Below, piece after piece: positions 13,481 through 26,350 of a stretch of DNA of 64,000 bases. Source of the stretch: Octopus vulgaris (taxonomy: Eukaryota); the NCBI GenBank assembly GCA_951406725.2, contig OX597825.1:82026001-82090000 (forward strand), given 5' to 3'. Within the stretch, counting starts at the first letter, position 1. Each line of letters starts with the position of its first letter. The notes below the pieces were generated by a model. The model was not told the origin of the DNA, did no database searches, and worked only from the letters and a program-made list of their open reading frames with translations. Position numbers and translations under genes: made by a program.

Positions 13481-13674
13481 ATAAATCCAGTCCTCCATCT
13501 CTTGAACATAAGATCTCAGCAATCTTCTTTCCACGCGCTTGTTTTTCCAGCAGGGGTTGGTCAACAACAGTTCAAATAGAACATTAATGACATCGACTGC
13601 ATAAGTCTCAGAGTCCTGAAAGGCACATGGGCTCTGGTCCTCCCTCCAAACTCAACTAGTAAAAAAGAAATTAA

Positions 13675-14140
13675 GCGCAAGAGTGGCTGTGTGATAAGTA
13701 GCTTGCTTTCCAACCACATAGTTCCAGGTTCAGTCCCACTGTGTGGCACCCTGGGCAAGTGTCTTCTACTATAGACTCGGGCCGACCAAAGCCTTGTGAG
13801 TGGATTTGGTAGACGAAAATGAAACTCCGTCGTATATATGTATATGTATATATGTATATGTATATATGTATATGTATATGTATATATGTATATGTATATA
13901 TGTATATGTGTATATGTATATCTTTGTGTGTCTATGTCTGCCCCCCTCCAACATCGCTTGACAATCGGTGCTGGTGTGTTTACGTCCCCGTAACTTAGTG
14001 GTTCGGCAAAACGCAACCGATAGAATAAGTACTAGGCTTACAAAGAATAAGTCCTGGGGTCGATTTGCTCGATTAAAGGCGGTGCTCCAGCATGGCCGCA
14101 GTCAAATGGCTGAAACAAGTAAAAGAGTAAAAGAGTAAAA
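13675..14140 (+). mobile_element. Full-length family B SINE, internal repeat expanded as (TATATG)n
   Basis: Colinear with 6117-6521. Confidence 0.93.
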
Positions 14141-14149
14141 AAGAATGAT

Positions 14150-14450
14150 CATGTCTATCACTACCATGAGGAATCCTGGCCTGTAACATGGAACATGAAG
14201 CGCTTTTGTAACTACGAAGATCTCCATAGTCTACCAAATCTATAAAAGAATATGGCCTATCATAGATATGAAGAGTTTGGTCTGTTGTAACTATGAAGGC
14301 ACCTTCCCAGTCTCTCACAGCTCTGAAGAATTGGTCTATTGTAACTACGTAAACCCAGTCTGTCGCAGCTATGAAGAAACATGGCTAATCTTAGATATAA
14401 AGAATTATATAAAGAATTTGGTCTATCGCTATCTGCAACCACTATGATAA
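14150..14450. repeat. Degenerate ~25-bp minisatellite (approx. aagaatttggtctatcgtaactatg)
   Basis: Units such as aagaatatggcctatcatagatatg, aagagtttggtctgttgtaactatg, aagaattggtctattgtaactacg. Confidence 0.65.
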
Positions 14451-15392
14451 TCAGAATAAATCATAGACACGAAAGATCGTGTTCAGACAGAAGCATTTAT
14501 TTTCTAAAGTACATTTTAGAGATATGCGTATATTAATGAAATTCAATATGGCGAAATATTATCGTATTTGTTGATCCATTGCCAAGGTAAGGGCTCGGCG
14601 AGCTGAGACGGCGATTGGGTTTCAGTTCTCAGCAGGTACGGTTTTAACATGTGCTGTGATTGTGTTTAGCAATGTAAGGGTCCTCCCATTTTCAAGTGTT
14701 AGTGTATGGTGTAAGTGAAAAACAAAAACAAAAACAAAAAAAAACGAAAATAAGATAAATAGGGAGGGAGGGAGTGGAAGGGTGAGGGGAGAGAGAGAGT
14801 GGGGAAAGGGAGGGTTATTAAGAACCATTGAAATAAAGAGGGAGAGAGAGGGAGGAAGAAGTATGGCGGATGGGAAGAGAGAACAGGGAGTGAAAGCGAA
14901 AGTAGAGAGAAGGGGTGGGGAAGGATTAAGGAGAATTGAACTGAAGAGGGGAGGAGGAGTGGTTGGGAATGGTGAGAGGGGAAGTGGCGAAGTATAAGGA
15001 AGAGCGAAGGGGGGGGGGGGAGAAAGATGGAAAGAATTTCAAGTTGAACGTCATATCTTTAAAACCATGTCTGTCAAAATAAATTTGAAATCAAAATGTC
15101 AGTTTATCATATAAAAACGAACGCTGTAAGACACGAAACATCGACTTACGTTTTGGTTACACACTTTGGTTTCTGTCTTTCTCCCTTTGCATTTTGCATT
15201 CGCCGTCTCCGACGCCTCCCTGCAGCATTAAAAGAAGAATGTTATCTAAAGATGAAATTAAATCTCACAGTGAAACAACTTTAACATTTAAGACGTACTA
15301 AATCTAAACTCATAGATACGATATCTCATAGTTACGACATATTGTAGTGGTACCATTTCATGAGATTATACTTGGCGATAGAAATCTCTCTC

Positions 15393-15437
<45 letters not shown>

Positions 15438-15639
15438 TTATCTCTCTGGCATAAAAGCAGAAAAGCACAAATTTCTCATATGCTTCATATTTTAATTGCA
15501 TTCAACAACTGTTTCATTAAGATAAACACCATCAAGTGAATTATTACATAATAATTTAAATGAAATTACCTTAAGTCAAATAAATTTTAAAACAGTGTTT
15601 ACTCAAAACTTCAAGTATGCTATACTATGTTAATCAGAA

Positions 15640-16568
15640 AACCGACCCCGAATGAATGAAAGACAAAGTCGACCTCGGTGCTATTTGAACTCTGAAGCCA
15701 AAGAAAAACCTCAAAGCATTTTGTCCAACGCGTTAACGATTCTACCAACTTGATGCCTTTAATAATTCTCTTCCACTAATGGGCACAACGCCTAAAATAT
15801 GGAAGGGTGAGTCTAGTCGATTGCATCGACCCCAGTGTTCTACTGCTATTTATTTGATCGATTCCGAAAGAATGGAAGGCAGAATCGACTCAGTGGATTT
15901 TGAACTCAGAACATACAGAGGAGCGAACTGCCGTTAGGCATTTTGTCCGACGCGCTAATGTGCTTCTGCCAGCTCGCTGCATTAATAACGATAATAATCA
16001 TTTCTAATACAGGCACAAGGCCTGAAATTTTTGTGTGGGAGCGGGTACGTCGGTTACATCCTAGGGCCCAACTGGTACTTTATTTCATCGACCCTGAAAG
16101 GATGAATGTCGACCTTCGGCAGATTTTGAACTCAAAGTGTAAAGACGGACGAAATGCCGCTCAGCATTCTGCCCGGAGAACTAACATGAATAATAATAAA
16201 GGCCTGAAATTTTTGGGGAAGGGGCCAGTCGATTAGATCGACCCCAGTATGCAAATAGTGCTTAATTTATTGACCCCGAAAGGATAAAAGGCAAAGTCGA
16301 CCTCGGCGGAATTTGAACTCAGAACGCAGCGGCAGACGAAATACCTATTTCTTTACTACCCACAAGGGGCTAAACACAGAGAGGACAGATAAACGGATTA
16401 AGTCGATTATATCGACCCCAGTGCGTAACTGGTACTTATTTAATCGACCCTGAAAGGATGAAAGGCAAATTCAACCTCGGCGGAATTTGAACTCAGAATG
16501 TAGCGACGAGCGAAATACCACTAAGCATTTCGCCCGGCCTGCTAACCACTCTGCCAGCTCAATGCCTT
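15640..16568 (-). mobile_element. Cluster of about five same-strand family A SINE units
   Basis: Repeated atcgacccc...gaaaggatgaaaggcaaagtcgacctcggcggaatttgaactcagaa. Confidence 0.9.
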
Positions 16569-16689
16569 AACTTAGATAATAATACTAATAAATCTGAGAA
16601 AATATATTACATTTGCTATTTTTTTTAAAAGCATGGAACTTATTCTATCCTCATTTTTCCAAACTGTAAAGTAGTAGGATCTAAAGAAA

Positions 16690-16717
16690 CCAACACCAGA
16701 TGTCAAGCGGTGGTAGG

Positions 16718-16760
<43 letters not shown>

Positions 16761-16925
16761 CGAAACGGGCTTCTCTCCGTTTCCGTCTGTCAAATCGTCT
16801 CACAAATTTTTTATCAACTCGCAGTTATCATAGAAAATATTTGCCCTGGGTGGGGCCCAATGAGATTGAACCCGAAATCATGTGGTTGGGAAGCAAGCTT
16901 TTTACCGCCCATCCACACCATCGCC
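16690..16925 (-). mobile_element. Diverged family B SINE
   Basis: acgggcttctctccgtttccgtct...attgaacccgaaatcatgtggttgggaagcaagctt. Confidence 0.8.
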
Positions 16926-17194
16926 TACAAAAGTTTACCAAATTATTGTATATAATTTACCAAATTATTGTATTTTTTTATCGTCATCAATCAAAATACG
17001 AAACATGTAATAACTTACCCTACATATCTGTGTATGCAGGCACGGGTTCGATTCGCGAGTCCTCCATTACACAACTGGCTGCACTTCGTCCACTTGGACC
17101 ACATGGTCCATGCTCCTTCCACTTCACTCGTCGATCCTTCCAACTGTTGACAAGATTAAACAAATATATATTCGTTAATTCATTAGGGGAGTGT

Positions 17195-17253
<59 letters not shown>

Positions 17254-17273
17254 CAGACAGATGGATAGATAGG

Positions 17274-17308
<35 letters not shown>

Positions 17309-17329
17309 AAATAGTCAATTCTAATAACG

Positions 17330-17625
17330 ATAAACGTCGCCCTTTTCAAGCCTAGCCAGCTTCATTGGCCCGGTTTCCCGGTTTCTATGGCGTAAGTGTT
17401 CTCCCCAGCTGGACGGGACGCCAGTCCATCGCAGCGTTACTCAAGAATCAGGAAGAAAGAGTGAGAGAAAGTTGTAGCGAAAGAGTACAACATGGGTCGC
17501 CACCACCTCCTGCCGGGGCATCGTGGAGCTTTTAGGTGTTTTCGATCAATAAACACACACAACGCCCGGTTTGGGAAACGAAACCGCGAGTCCGCTGCCC
17601 TAACTACTGGGCCATTGCGCCTCCC
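17330..17625 (-). mobile_element. Family C SINE (head H2 + tail T2 with V-domain-like gcgatggactggcgtcccgtccag)
   Basis: Head shared with 21890-22078; tail shared with 38790-38890. Confidence 0.8.
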
Positions 17626-17649
17626 AATTCTAATAAGCAATCAATAAAA

Positions 17650-17800
17650 AAAAAACGAATAGTAAAATTAACGGACAACAGGAGTACGTGCACAAAGAAT
17701 GCATTAGCTTGACGCTCGGTGAAAAGAGAGAGTTGGCGTTTCGAGCATAGCTCTTCGTCTGAGATGAGAAAAGCAAGAGTCCAAGGAAGGAAAAGAAATC
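17650..17800 (-). mobile_element. Short Penelope-like terminal-repeat relic with degenerate minimal hammerhead
   Basis: Minus strand CAGACGA-A-GAGC-tat-GCTC-GAAAC-GCC; flanks resemble 37587-37778 and 43331-43530. Confidence 0.5.
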
Positions 17801-18427
17801 GCCAACAGCACACGTGTGTGGTTACATTGCTAATGTGAAAGAAGTTACAGGAGTAAAAATGAAACCAGAGTCCATAAGACAGGTGTTCGATGAAGTACGC
17901 GTAAAGATATAGAACTAACGTAGCCTTATACATGTGACTCGGAGTTTCATATTTGGGTTCCCCAGACAAAGGACGAAACAAGGAGTGTTTAGATTGAGAA
18001 ATCGTATGGTACCTGACAGGTAATCGTTGAAATTATTAGAATAAATTAAGCATTTCGGTCATTGGATTGCGGCAAGACATTGAAGTAGACTTCCGGTTAG
18101 GCGAGACTTCTACGAAGTACGAGGCAGGATGGTCATGTTTGGAATGGCTTTGATCACAAATCTTTCTCAAGCAAGGATGAGCTGATGTTGAACAATAACA
18201 ACAGCGACAACTAAAGCAACGTCAAGAACAACGATAACAACAGGGAAGTCTATAAGTGGTCGTTCGACGTGCTAAACAAAGTAGTCAAATCTTCCTCAAA
18301 TCCCTCTACTTTCTTTAATATGGCGTGTCTTATGGATAAATAAAGTCCTAGATATTCAGTTTCAAAAGAAAAAATACAAAACAAATAGGAAAGAAGCAAC
18401 CCCCGCCCCCAAAAAGCTAAACAAGCC

Positions 18428-18583
18428 TGGCTGTGTGGTAAGAAGTTTGCTTAGCAATCGCATGGTTCCGGGTTCAGTTCCACTACGTAGTACCTTGGGC
18501 AAGAGTCTTCTACAATAGCCTCGGGCCAACGAAAGCCTGTGAGTGGATTTGGTAGATGGAAACTGAAAGACGCCCATCGTATA

Positions 18584-18637
<54 letters not shown>

Positions 18638-18921
18638 TTACATATATATACACTCACAGGCTTTCGTTGGCCCGAGGCTATAGTAGAAGACTCTTGCCCA
18701 TATATATATATGTTTGTGTGTCTGTGTTTGTTCCCCATCATCATCGTTTGAGAACCGATGCTGGTGTGTTTACGTCCCCGTAACTTAGCGGTTCGGCAAA
18801 AGAGACCGATAGAATATGTATTAAGCTTACAAAGAATAAGTCTCGAAGTCGATTTGTTCGAATAAAAGGTGGTGCTCCAGCATGGCCGCAGTGAAAATGA
18901 TTGAAACAAGCAAAAGGGTAA
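18428..18921 (+). mobile_element. Family B SINE with an internal 50-bp inverted self-copy
   Basis: Colinear with 6117-6521; 18651-18700 is the reverse complement of 18496-18545. Confidence 0.92.
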
Positions 18922-19368
18922 ACTATCCCAGGGTGGCCCTTTGATCAGGGATGACCTGTGGCAAGACAACAACAACAGCATCAGCATCAGAAAGTGGGTG
19001 TGTTCTGGCTGGGACCAACAAATCAAAGTTCTGTGACATTGCCGTTACAATACTCACACACCCTAAACAACAACACCAACAACTATAGAAACTTCATCAA
19101 CAGCAAGAACTACTGCTGCTGGTGTCGCTGGTGCTATTGCTGCTGTTGTTACTGCTGCTGCTGCAATTACTGCTATCTCCAATTAGCACCGAGCAGGCCA
19201 CATTTAGTTCACTTAATGAGATGTATTTAACCTGGTTTACCAATCAGAAACGAGAGATTGTGTAACTTCAACAGGAAAATCTCGATGTATTTTTAACACT
19301 AATGAAGGGGGATTAAGTAAATTGGGATTCTGCTGACATGTCTACTCGACTGTCTGTCTGTCTGTCTG

Positions 19369-19449
<81 letters not shown>

Positions 19450-19470
19450 GTCTATCTATCTATGTTTCTT

Positions 19471-19525
<55 letters not shown>

Positions 19526-19678
19526 GTCTGTCTGTCTGTCTGTCTGTCCGTCCGTCTGTCTGTCTGTCTGTCTGTCTGCCCCTCTGTCTGTCTATCTGCC
19601 TATTTCTGTCCGTCTATCTGTCTTTCTATCCACGTTTGTATGTATGTATCTGTGTGTGTGTGAGTTTATATATATATA

Positions 19679-19854
19679 ACTGCAGCAACACCCCACACGT
19701 ACCCATCGATGTTCGTGTGCAGCAACTGTACCAAGGACTGCCACTCTAGAATTGGACTGTTCAGTCACAGCAGACGCTGCTTATCATCAAAGTAGGCCCC
19801 ACCCTTGGCGCAACCCATTGTCTATCAAGACAGACGGGGATAAAGAAGATAAAG

Positions 19855-19855
<1 letters not shown>
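19679..19855 (+). mobile_element. RTE-clade LINE 3' end
   Basis: FVCSNCTKDCHSRIGLFSHSRRCLSSK* (stop 19792-19794), the RTE C-terminal C..C...C.SRIGL.SH.R motif, then ccattgtctatcaagacagacgg 3' UTR. Confidence 0.85.
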
Positions 19856-19920
<65 letters not shown>

Positions 19921-20561
19921 GTAAACTTATCGAAGAGACAAACAAATGGCAGTTTCACTTATTTCGTTTGCAGACTAGAAAACTGATAAACAACCATATT
20001 GAATTTTCGACTTTTATTGAGGTCGCATCCAAAGCGATGTTATCACTTGACGAATCCAACAGAAACAAGTGGCCCTTCTGTTTATAGAAACACCAACTCT
20101 AGTAATTCCAGTTCGCCAGAGCTACTAATTAGCGTACAATTAGTGGTTAACATTTTATCTAATGATTTTTCCCTTTCTATGACAAGATCGTGCAAAGGTT
20201 GCAAAAAAGAGCTGCACAAAAGATTGCACAAAAGCGTTGCAGGAATTTTTCTTCTTACAATTTTTTTTTATAGAAACGGACGTAGGAAATGAGTCTATTG
20301 ACATATCAATAAAATTGTTTTCCTGTTCTTTTTTTGTGATGTAATTTTGCAATTTGCTCTGTGTTTATCTCAAAGTTTATACTGCAATTGATGCGACCGT
20401 CTATGTACACACACACATACAAACACACACACACACACACACACATACATATATTTACTATACATTTACAGATGTAGATTTGGAGAGTAATATGAAGTAT
20501 AATATAGTGAGTTCTAATGTAATTACTTGACGTGTTTATGCAGCACATAACGTTGTGTGTG

Positions 20562-20604
<43 letters not shown>

Positions 20605-21039
20605 GACAGAAGCAGGATGAGAGCAACCATGATAAACGTATTTATGTTAAAATGTGAAGTAGTCTGCACCTTATGGTAAACCATTTAATCCAACTATTCA
20701 ATGCTCCCGTCTTCTGTAGCCGCCACCCCTCCCCACCGCAGCTCCGGCACCAAATACCAATTTTAAGCATCGTCTGCATCCGGCATAAGACACACACCAA
20801 ACTTCGACAACTCTCTCAAACATCTTCACACATACATAAATACACACACACACACACTCGAACAAACACACGCACACATACACGGCCACACACATACATG
20901 TCCGCGTGCGCGTATATGTATGTATATAATCTATGTCAATGTGTGTGCGAGTATATGCATTTATAAATATATACACGCACATATATATCTACCTACACAT
21001 GTATGCATATATTTATAAACATATGCATATATAAATATT

Positions 21040-21073
<34 letters not shown>

Positions 21074-21173
21074 TACACATACCCGTACACGTGTATGCAC
21101 ATGTATATATGTATGTATGTTTGTATATATATAAATGTATGTATGTTTGTATATATATAAATGTATGTATGTT

Positions 21174-21219
<46 letters not shown>

Positions 21220-21660
21220 AATATATTTATATATATATAAATGCATATATAACCAGGCCTTTTAGATCATGAGTTCAAATCCACCCGGAGTCATCTCTTG
21301 TTTTTCCTTCTTTCGAAATCGACTGAATCAAGAACCAAGCACGCATTGGTTAATGTTATTGTTTTAACCCCCTCCCCTTAACATTATTAGTCACAAGATG
21401 GGAGAGAGTCGTAACACAGAGGAAAATGTGCCGAGGTTGCCTCCAGATGCCTTCCAAATGATTTTCAGAAAGCCAGATTGGCGGATGAAAAACGTGAAAG
21501 ATGGAAAATATCATTGTCATGAACTGCATCTGACCAAAGCCTTCATATTTGCTCCAAATGTGCTAAAGCCTATCGTTCAAGGATCGCTTTACATAGCCAC
21601 TTAAGGGCTTGTCACTCTTCCTCATGATCTTCGCACACGAATACCTGTCATCATCATCAT

Positions 21661-21696
<36 letters not shown>

Positions 21697-22078
21697 TACG
21701 GCATTCCGTCCGTTACGACGACGAGGGTTCCACTTGATCCGATCAACGGAACAGCCTGCTCGTGAAAATAACGTGCAAGTGGCTGAGTGCTCCACAGTCA
21801 TGTGTACTCTTAACGTGTAGTTCTCGGGGATATTCAGCGTGTCACAGAGAGTGACAAGGCCGGCCCTTTGAAATACAGGTACAACAGAAACAGGTAGAAA
21901 GAGTGAGAGAAAGTTGTGGTTAAAGAGTACAGCAGGGTTCGCCCCCCCCCATACCGGAGCCTCGTGGAGCTTTATGCATTTTCTCTCAGTAAACTCTCAC
22001 AACGCCTGGTCTGGGAATCGAAACTGCGATCCTATGACCGCGAGTCCGCTGCCCTAACCACTGGGCCATTGCACCTCT
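21697..22078 (-). mobile_element. Family C SINE (head H2 + tail T1)
   Basis: Head gcaatggcccagtggttagggcagcggactcgcgg; tail ...ccctcgtcgtcgtaacggacgg like 2740-2900. Confidence 0.82.
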
Positions 22079-22424
22079 ACATATATATTTATTAGTATAC
22101 ATAGATAGATGTGTGTGTGTGTGTGTGTGTGTTTATTGGTAAAGATCTTTTTCGGCACAGGTCCGAGCAAGGTTGTTTGTGGAAAACCAGTAATCGCCCA
22201 TGCCTACCAACCTCCCCTCTTCATGCCACTGATGTTATCCAAGGGAAAGGCAAAGGGGCCGATACAGCTTGGTACTAGTGACGTTGCAACTCATTTTTTA
22301 CAGCTGAGTTTTTTTTCTCAAGACTAGAACACACAGCCCTGCCTGGTAATGAAACTCACTACGTTAAGATTATGAGCCCGACGTTCTAACCACTGAGCCA
22401 TGAATCTTCACTATGGGCATATAA

Positions 22425-22488
<64 letters not shown>

Positions 22489-22790
22489 TTAAATATATAT
22501 GTATGTATATGTACACACACACATATGTATATATATATATACATATAGATATATATACACACACACATACGAAATTCATGTACATTTGCCTACAGTAGAA
22601 ATACGATCTCAAATGTGCGACTAAAAAAAAAATTTATAAAAGCAAAAATAAAGCAAAATTAAAACCCAACAAACAAACAAGAACACAGAAAGAGCCCATC
22701 TAAGAAAACATTTGAACAACTCTATCTTCTCCTGATGCAAATAAAGTTGTGCCTGGTGAACAGCTGAAATATGTCAGTGTCGACTTCTCT

Positions 22791-22862
<72 letters not shown>

Positions 22863-23297
22863 ATGTCTTTTGAAAAAGATACGAAAATCAAGGTTTTTTT
22901 TGCAGAGAATTATAGAAATAAAAGAAGGAAAGAAAAGATAGAATCTGTCTACTTGAATGTGTCTACAGATTCAAAGAAAATTCTGGGTATTGAGTAAACG
23001 CCTAGGATTCTAATGGTTCACTGCACTTGTTAGAATTGATAGCTGGATTGTCTTTGAATTCTCTGCATCGTATTTGGTGCCGCTCAGTTTTGGTGATCAG
23101 GAGTGGCTCAATCCGTAGCCATTGGAAATGACACTTGGCTAAGATGCGTCACAGTGAAGTCGAACGTGAAACCTCGTGACTATAAAACGAAATTTTTAAC
23201 CATTCGGCCTACATATATATACATACATACATTTACACATACATACGTGCATACATACATATAGACAGACAGACAGACAGGCGCGCGCACACGTGCA

Positions 23298-24864
23298 CAC
23301 ATTGGGTTTGGGGAAAATCATGGAAATGCCGCACCTTACTTAACTATTATAATGGCAATATGACAAATTCGTAAGTGTTCTACATTCTATATATATTCTC
23401 ATATGCATTATGTATGCTTTGTTGTTCAACATATAACCCTTCGTTTTTGCTTTGCAGATATATATCTATTTATGTTCTGAGTTCAAATTCCACCGAGGTC
23501 AGCTTTGCCTTTCATCCTTTTGGGATCGATAAATTAAGTACCAGTTGTGTAATGGGGTCGATCTAATCAACTACCCCACCCCACCCCCAAAAATTTTGGG
23601 CCTTGTGCCTAGAGTAGAAAAGAATATTCCCCGTTCATGAGGCGGCGGGGTATCAGAAACGTTAGCACGCCGGGGGAAATACTTAGCAGTATTTCGTCTG
23701 TCTTTACATTGTAAGTTCAAATTCTGCCGAGGTCGACTTTGCCTTTCATCCTTTCGGAGTCGATAAATTAAGTACCAGTTGTGTATTGGGTTCTATCTTA
23801 CCCAAATTTCTGTCCTTGTGCCTAGAGTAGAAAATAAATATCTATTTAAATAAGTGTGAAATTTCAAACTCGTCTGTCTTCCAAACAGGACCAATTGCTT
23901 GGAGCTTCAGTCGCTAAAACTGCTAAATTGTTAAATGTTTCGTGAGATACAGTTTCTAAAATCTTGTTGACATTCCAGAACTAAGAAACAACCCCCCCAC
24001 CCCCAGCTCTATGAAGCATAATTCCTGGTGGAAAGCAAGGTTCACAGAGCCCGCAGACAAATGAAACGTATTGTGTCTAAAAACCATTGAATAACGGCAG
24101 CAAAAGTGAATGCAGAGCTAAGCCATCACTTCGCCAATCCTGTATCAACCGAAGCCGTTTGTTGTAGGTTCCTTAAAGGTAGACACCATTAAAAGGTTAC
24201 AATCGCTAAATTTCTGTTCAAAGTTAACATTAATAACCAGAATTGGACTCTAGACTACCAGATGTGATCTATGGCTGAATGGGACAAATTTCATCTCTGA
24301 AGAATCATAATTCCCAATTCGAATTATGTCTAGCGACATCCCAAAGGAGCTTTTGGCCCCCACAGTGTGGCCGCTGTATTGAAGCACAGATATGGCTCTG
24401 TGATAACTGGACAGCCATATCACGGAGTTCCTTTGGACCTTTAGCTGTTCTACATTGACAGAGTTAACACTAAAGAGTATCTAAAGAGTATTTCGGCTGA
24501 TCATGTCCATTATCTGGTCCAAACGTTGTTCTGTGACAGCAGAGCAAGTTTCTAGAGTAATAATGCCTCGATTTACACGGCTAGTGCTCTTTAAATTTGT
24601 TACAAAGTGAACAAAAGTGAAGTGGACCATTTGGATTGGCACCCATAATCACCAGATTTCAATACAATCAACCATTTATGGTGCATTTTGGAGCAACAAG
24701 TGGGGAGCTGCATCCCTCTGCCATCGCTACTGAATGAACTAAAGTAGATTTTACTTGTAGACTGGATCCAATTTCTGATAACAACCGTTCAGAATCTGTA
24801 CAAGTTAATTCCTCGACGTACTAAAGCTGTGATTAATGTCAAATTTGGACTAACTCCGTATTAG
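23298..24864 (+). pseudogene. Tc1-family transposon with decayed transposase (~23850-24864)
   Basis: GASVAKTAKLLNVS.DTVSKI; KRIVSKNH.ITAAKVNAEL; LKHRYGSV; LDWHP*SPDFNTINHLW; IPRRTKAVINVKFGLTPY*; many stops and frameshifts; putative 5' TIR at ~23298 resembles 37837. Confidence 0.9.
23472..23836 (+). mobile_element. Two family A SINE units nested in the Tc1 5' region
   Basis: Both end ccttgtgcctagagtagaaaa (tail A). Confidence 0.9.
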
Positions 24865-24869
24865 GAAAT

Positions 24870-25073
24870 CCTTTCTGCTACAGGCACACTATTGGAGGAG
24901 GGATGTAAGTCGGTTACATCAACGTCAGTCCTTAACTGGTACTTATTTTATCGACCTGGAAAGTATGAAAGGTAAGGTCAAACACGGCGAAATTTTTGAA
25001 CTTGGAGCGTAAAGTTGAACGAAACGCCTATAAATATTTAGTCCGGCAAATGATTCCGCCAGATCGCCGCCTT
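24870..25073 (-). mobile_element. Diverged family A SINE truncating the Tc1 3' end
   Basis: aactggtacttattttatcgacc...tttgaactt...ccgccagatcgccgcctt. Confidence 0.8.
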
Positions 25074-25235
25074 CACATATTAAATAATATAACTTCTATT
25101 TAACATGGCATTTCCATAATTTTGTTTAGCATGCATACATATATATATACATACTTACGTACGTACGTACGTACATACATACATACATACATACGTACGT
25201 ACATACATACATACATACATACAATCATACATACA

Positions 25236-25352
25236 AATAAAAATACCCTGTTGTTGTTGAAATTCCAATGAAGGAGCCTTGGATCTGGGTTAGAAACCGG
25301 TTCTTTCTCTATTGGCAAAAAATTCTTGAAATAAACTGAATAATGACTTGAA
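25236..25352 (+). mobile_element. Short interspersed element embedded in (TACA)n; second copy at 62250-62362 (-)
   Basis: Shared aaattccaat..a.g.gcctt..atct.ggttagaaaccgg.tctttctctattggcaaaa...cttgaaataaactgaa. Confidence 0.75.
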
Positions 25353-26197
25353 TACATACATGCATACACATATATAAACACAAACATACGCATGACCTAT
25401 GTACGTATGCACATACATACATACATACATACATACATACATACATACATACATACATACATACATACATACATACATACATACATACATACATACATGC
25501 ATACATACATACATAAATACATACGTACATACATACATACATGTATGCATGCATACATGCATACATACATACATACATACATACATACATACATACATAC
25601 ATACATACATGCATACACACACACGTGCATACATACATACATACATACATACATACATACATACATACATACATACATACGTACATACATGTGTGTATAT
25701 GCGTGTAATTATCGTGAAATTTCTTCCATCCGTTTTGCTTACGCAGCGATGCAACACCCTTCCGCGTCTCTAGAACCTGATCTCTTAATAACTCCGAGTC
25801 ACCCTAGAAATAAAGTTTATATCCACCCAAAAACAAACTTTAATTGCTTCTGCGGTGAAAGAACATCAAAGATAGGTATATAATCCCAGACGCCACAACG
25901 AAATTTCCAAATTGCGAATGCTAATAACCAAAAGTCTGTAAACACCAGCTATTCTCTGATGCACCTTTCTACAGATTAGAAACGACAATTTGAATTTTGT
26001 ATTCTTCCACCCTTGTACAATGTCTACATTCTATAACAGCATAGCAGTTGAATAATTAGTTTAAACACAATAACCCACGTATTCATTCGTAATGCGTTCC
26101 GACATATTTGAAGATTTGAACGTGAATATGCTTAATCGCTGTTGGTTTTCCTCATTGACGAACATCTCCGTCAGACAATATGCATTCATAACAAATA

Positions 26198-26350
26198 CAG
26201 GGTGTTCAAAAACTCTCTCCGCAGTAAGTGTTTTATTGCAAAATAAATATTTATAAGATGGTATAAGACTACAAAAGAATGTATTAGTCTTTACAAGACT
26301 TTAAGAAAACGTCATAAGAGGTGTTGAAAGTGTCGTCCTTCATTTTCAAT
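26198..26350 (-). mobile_element. Tc1/mariner 3' end with TIR
   Basis: TA|cagggtgttcaaaa terminus; minus strand IENEGRHFQHLL* is a typical transposase C-terminus. Confidence 0.75.

Noticed and set aside
14150-14450. CRISPR-like array (also considered for the SINE multimers)
   Set aside because: Eukaryotic context, degenerate adjacent units without unique spacers, no cas genes
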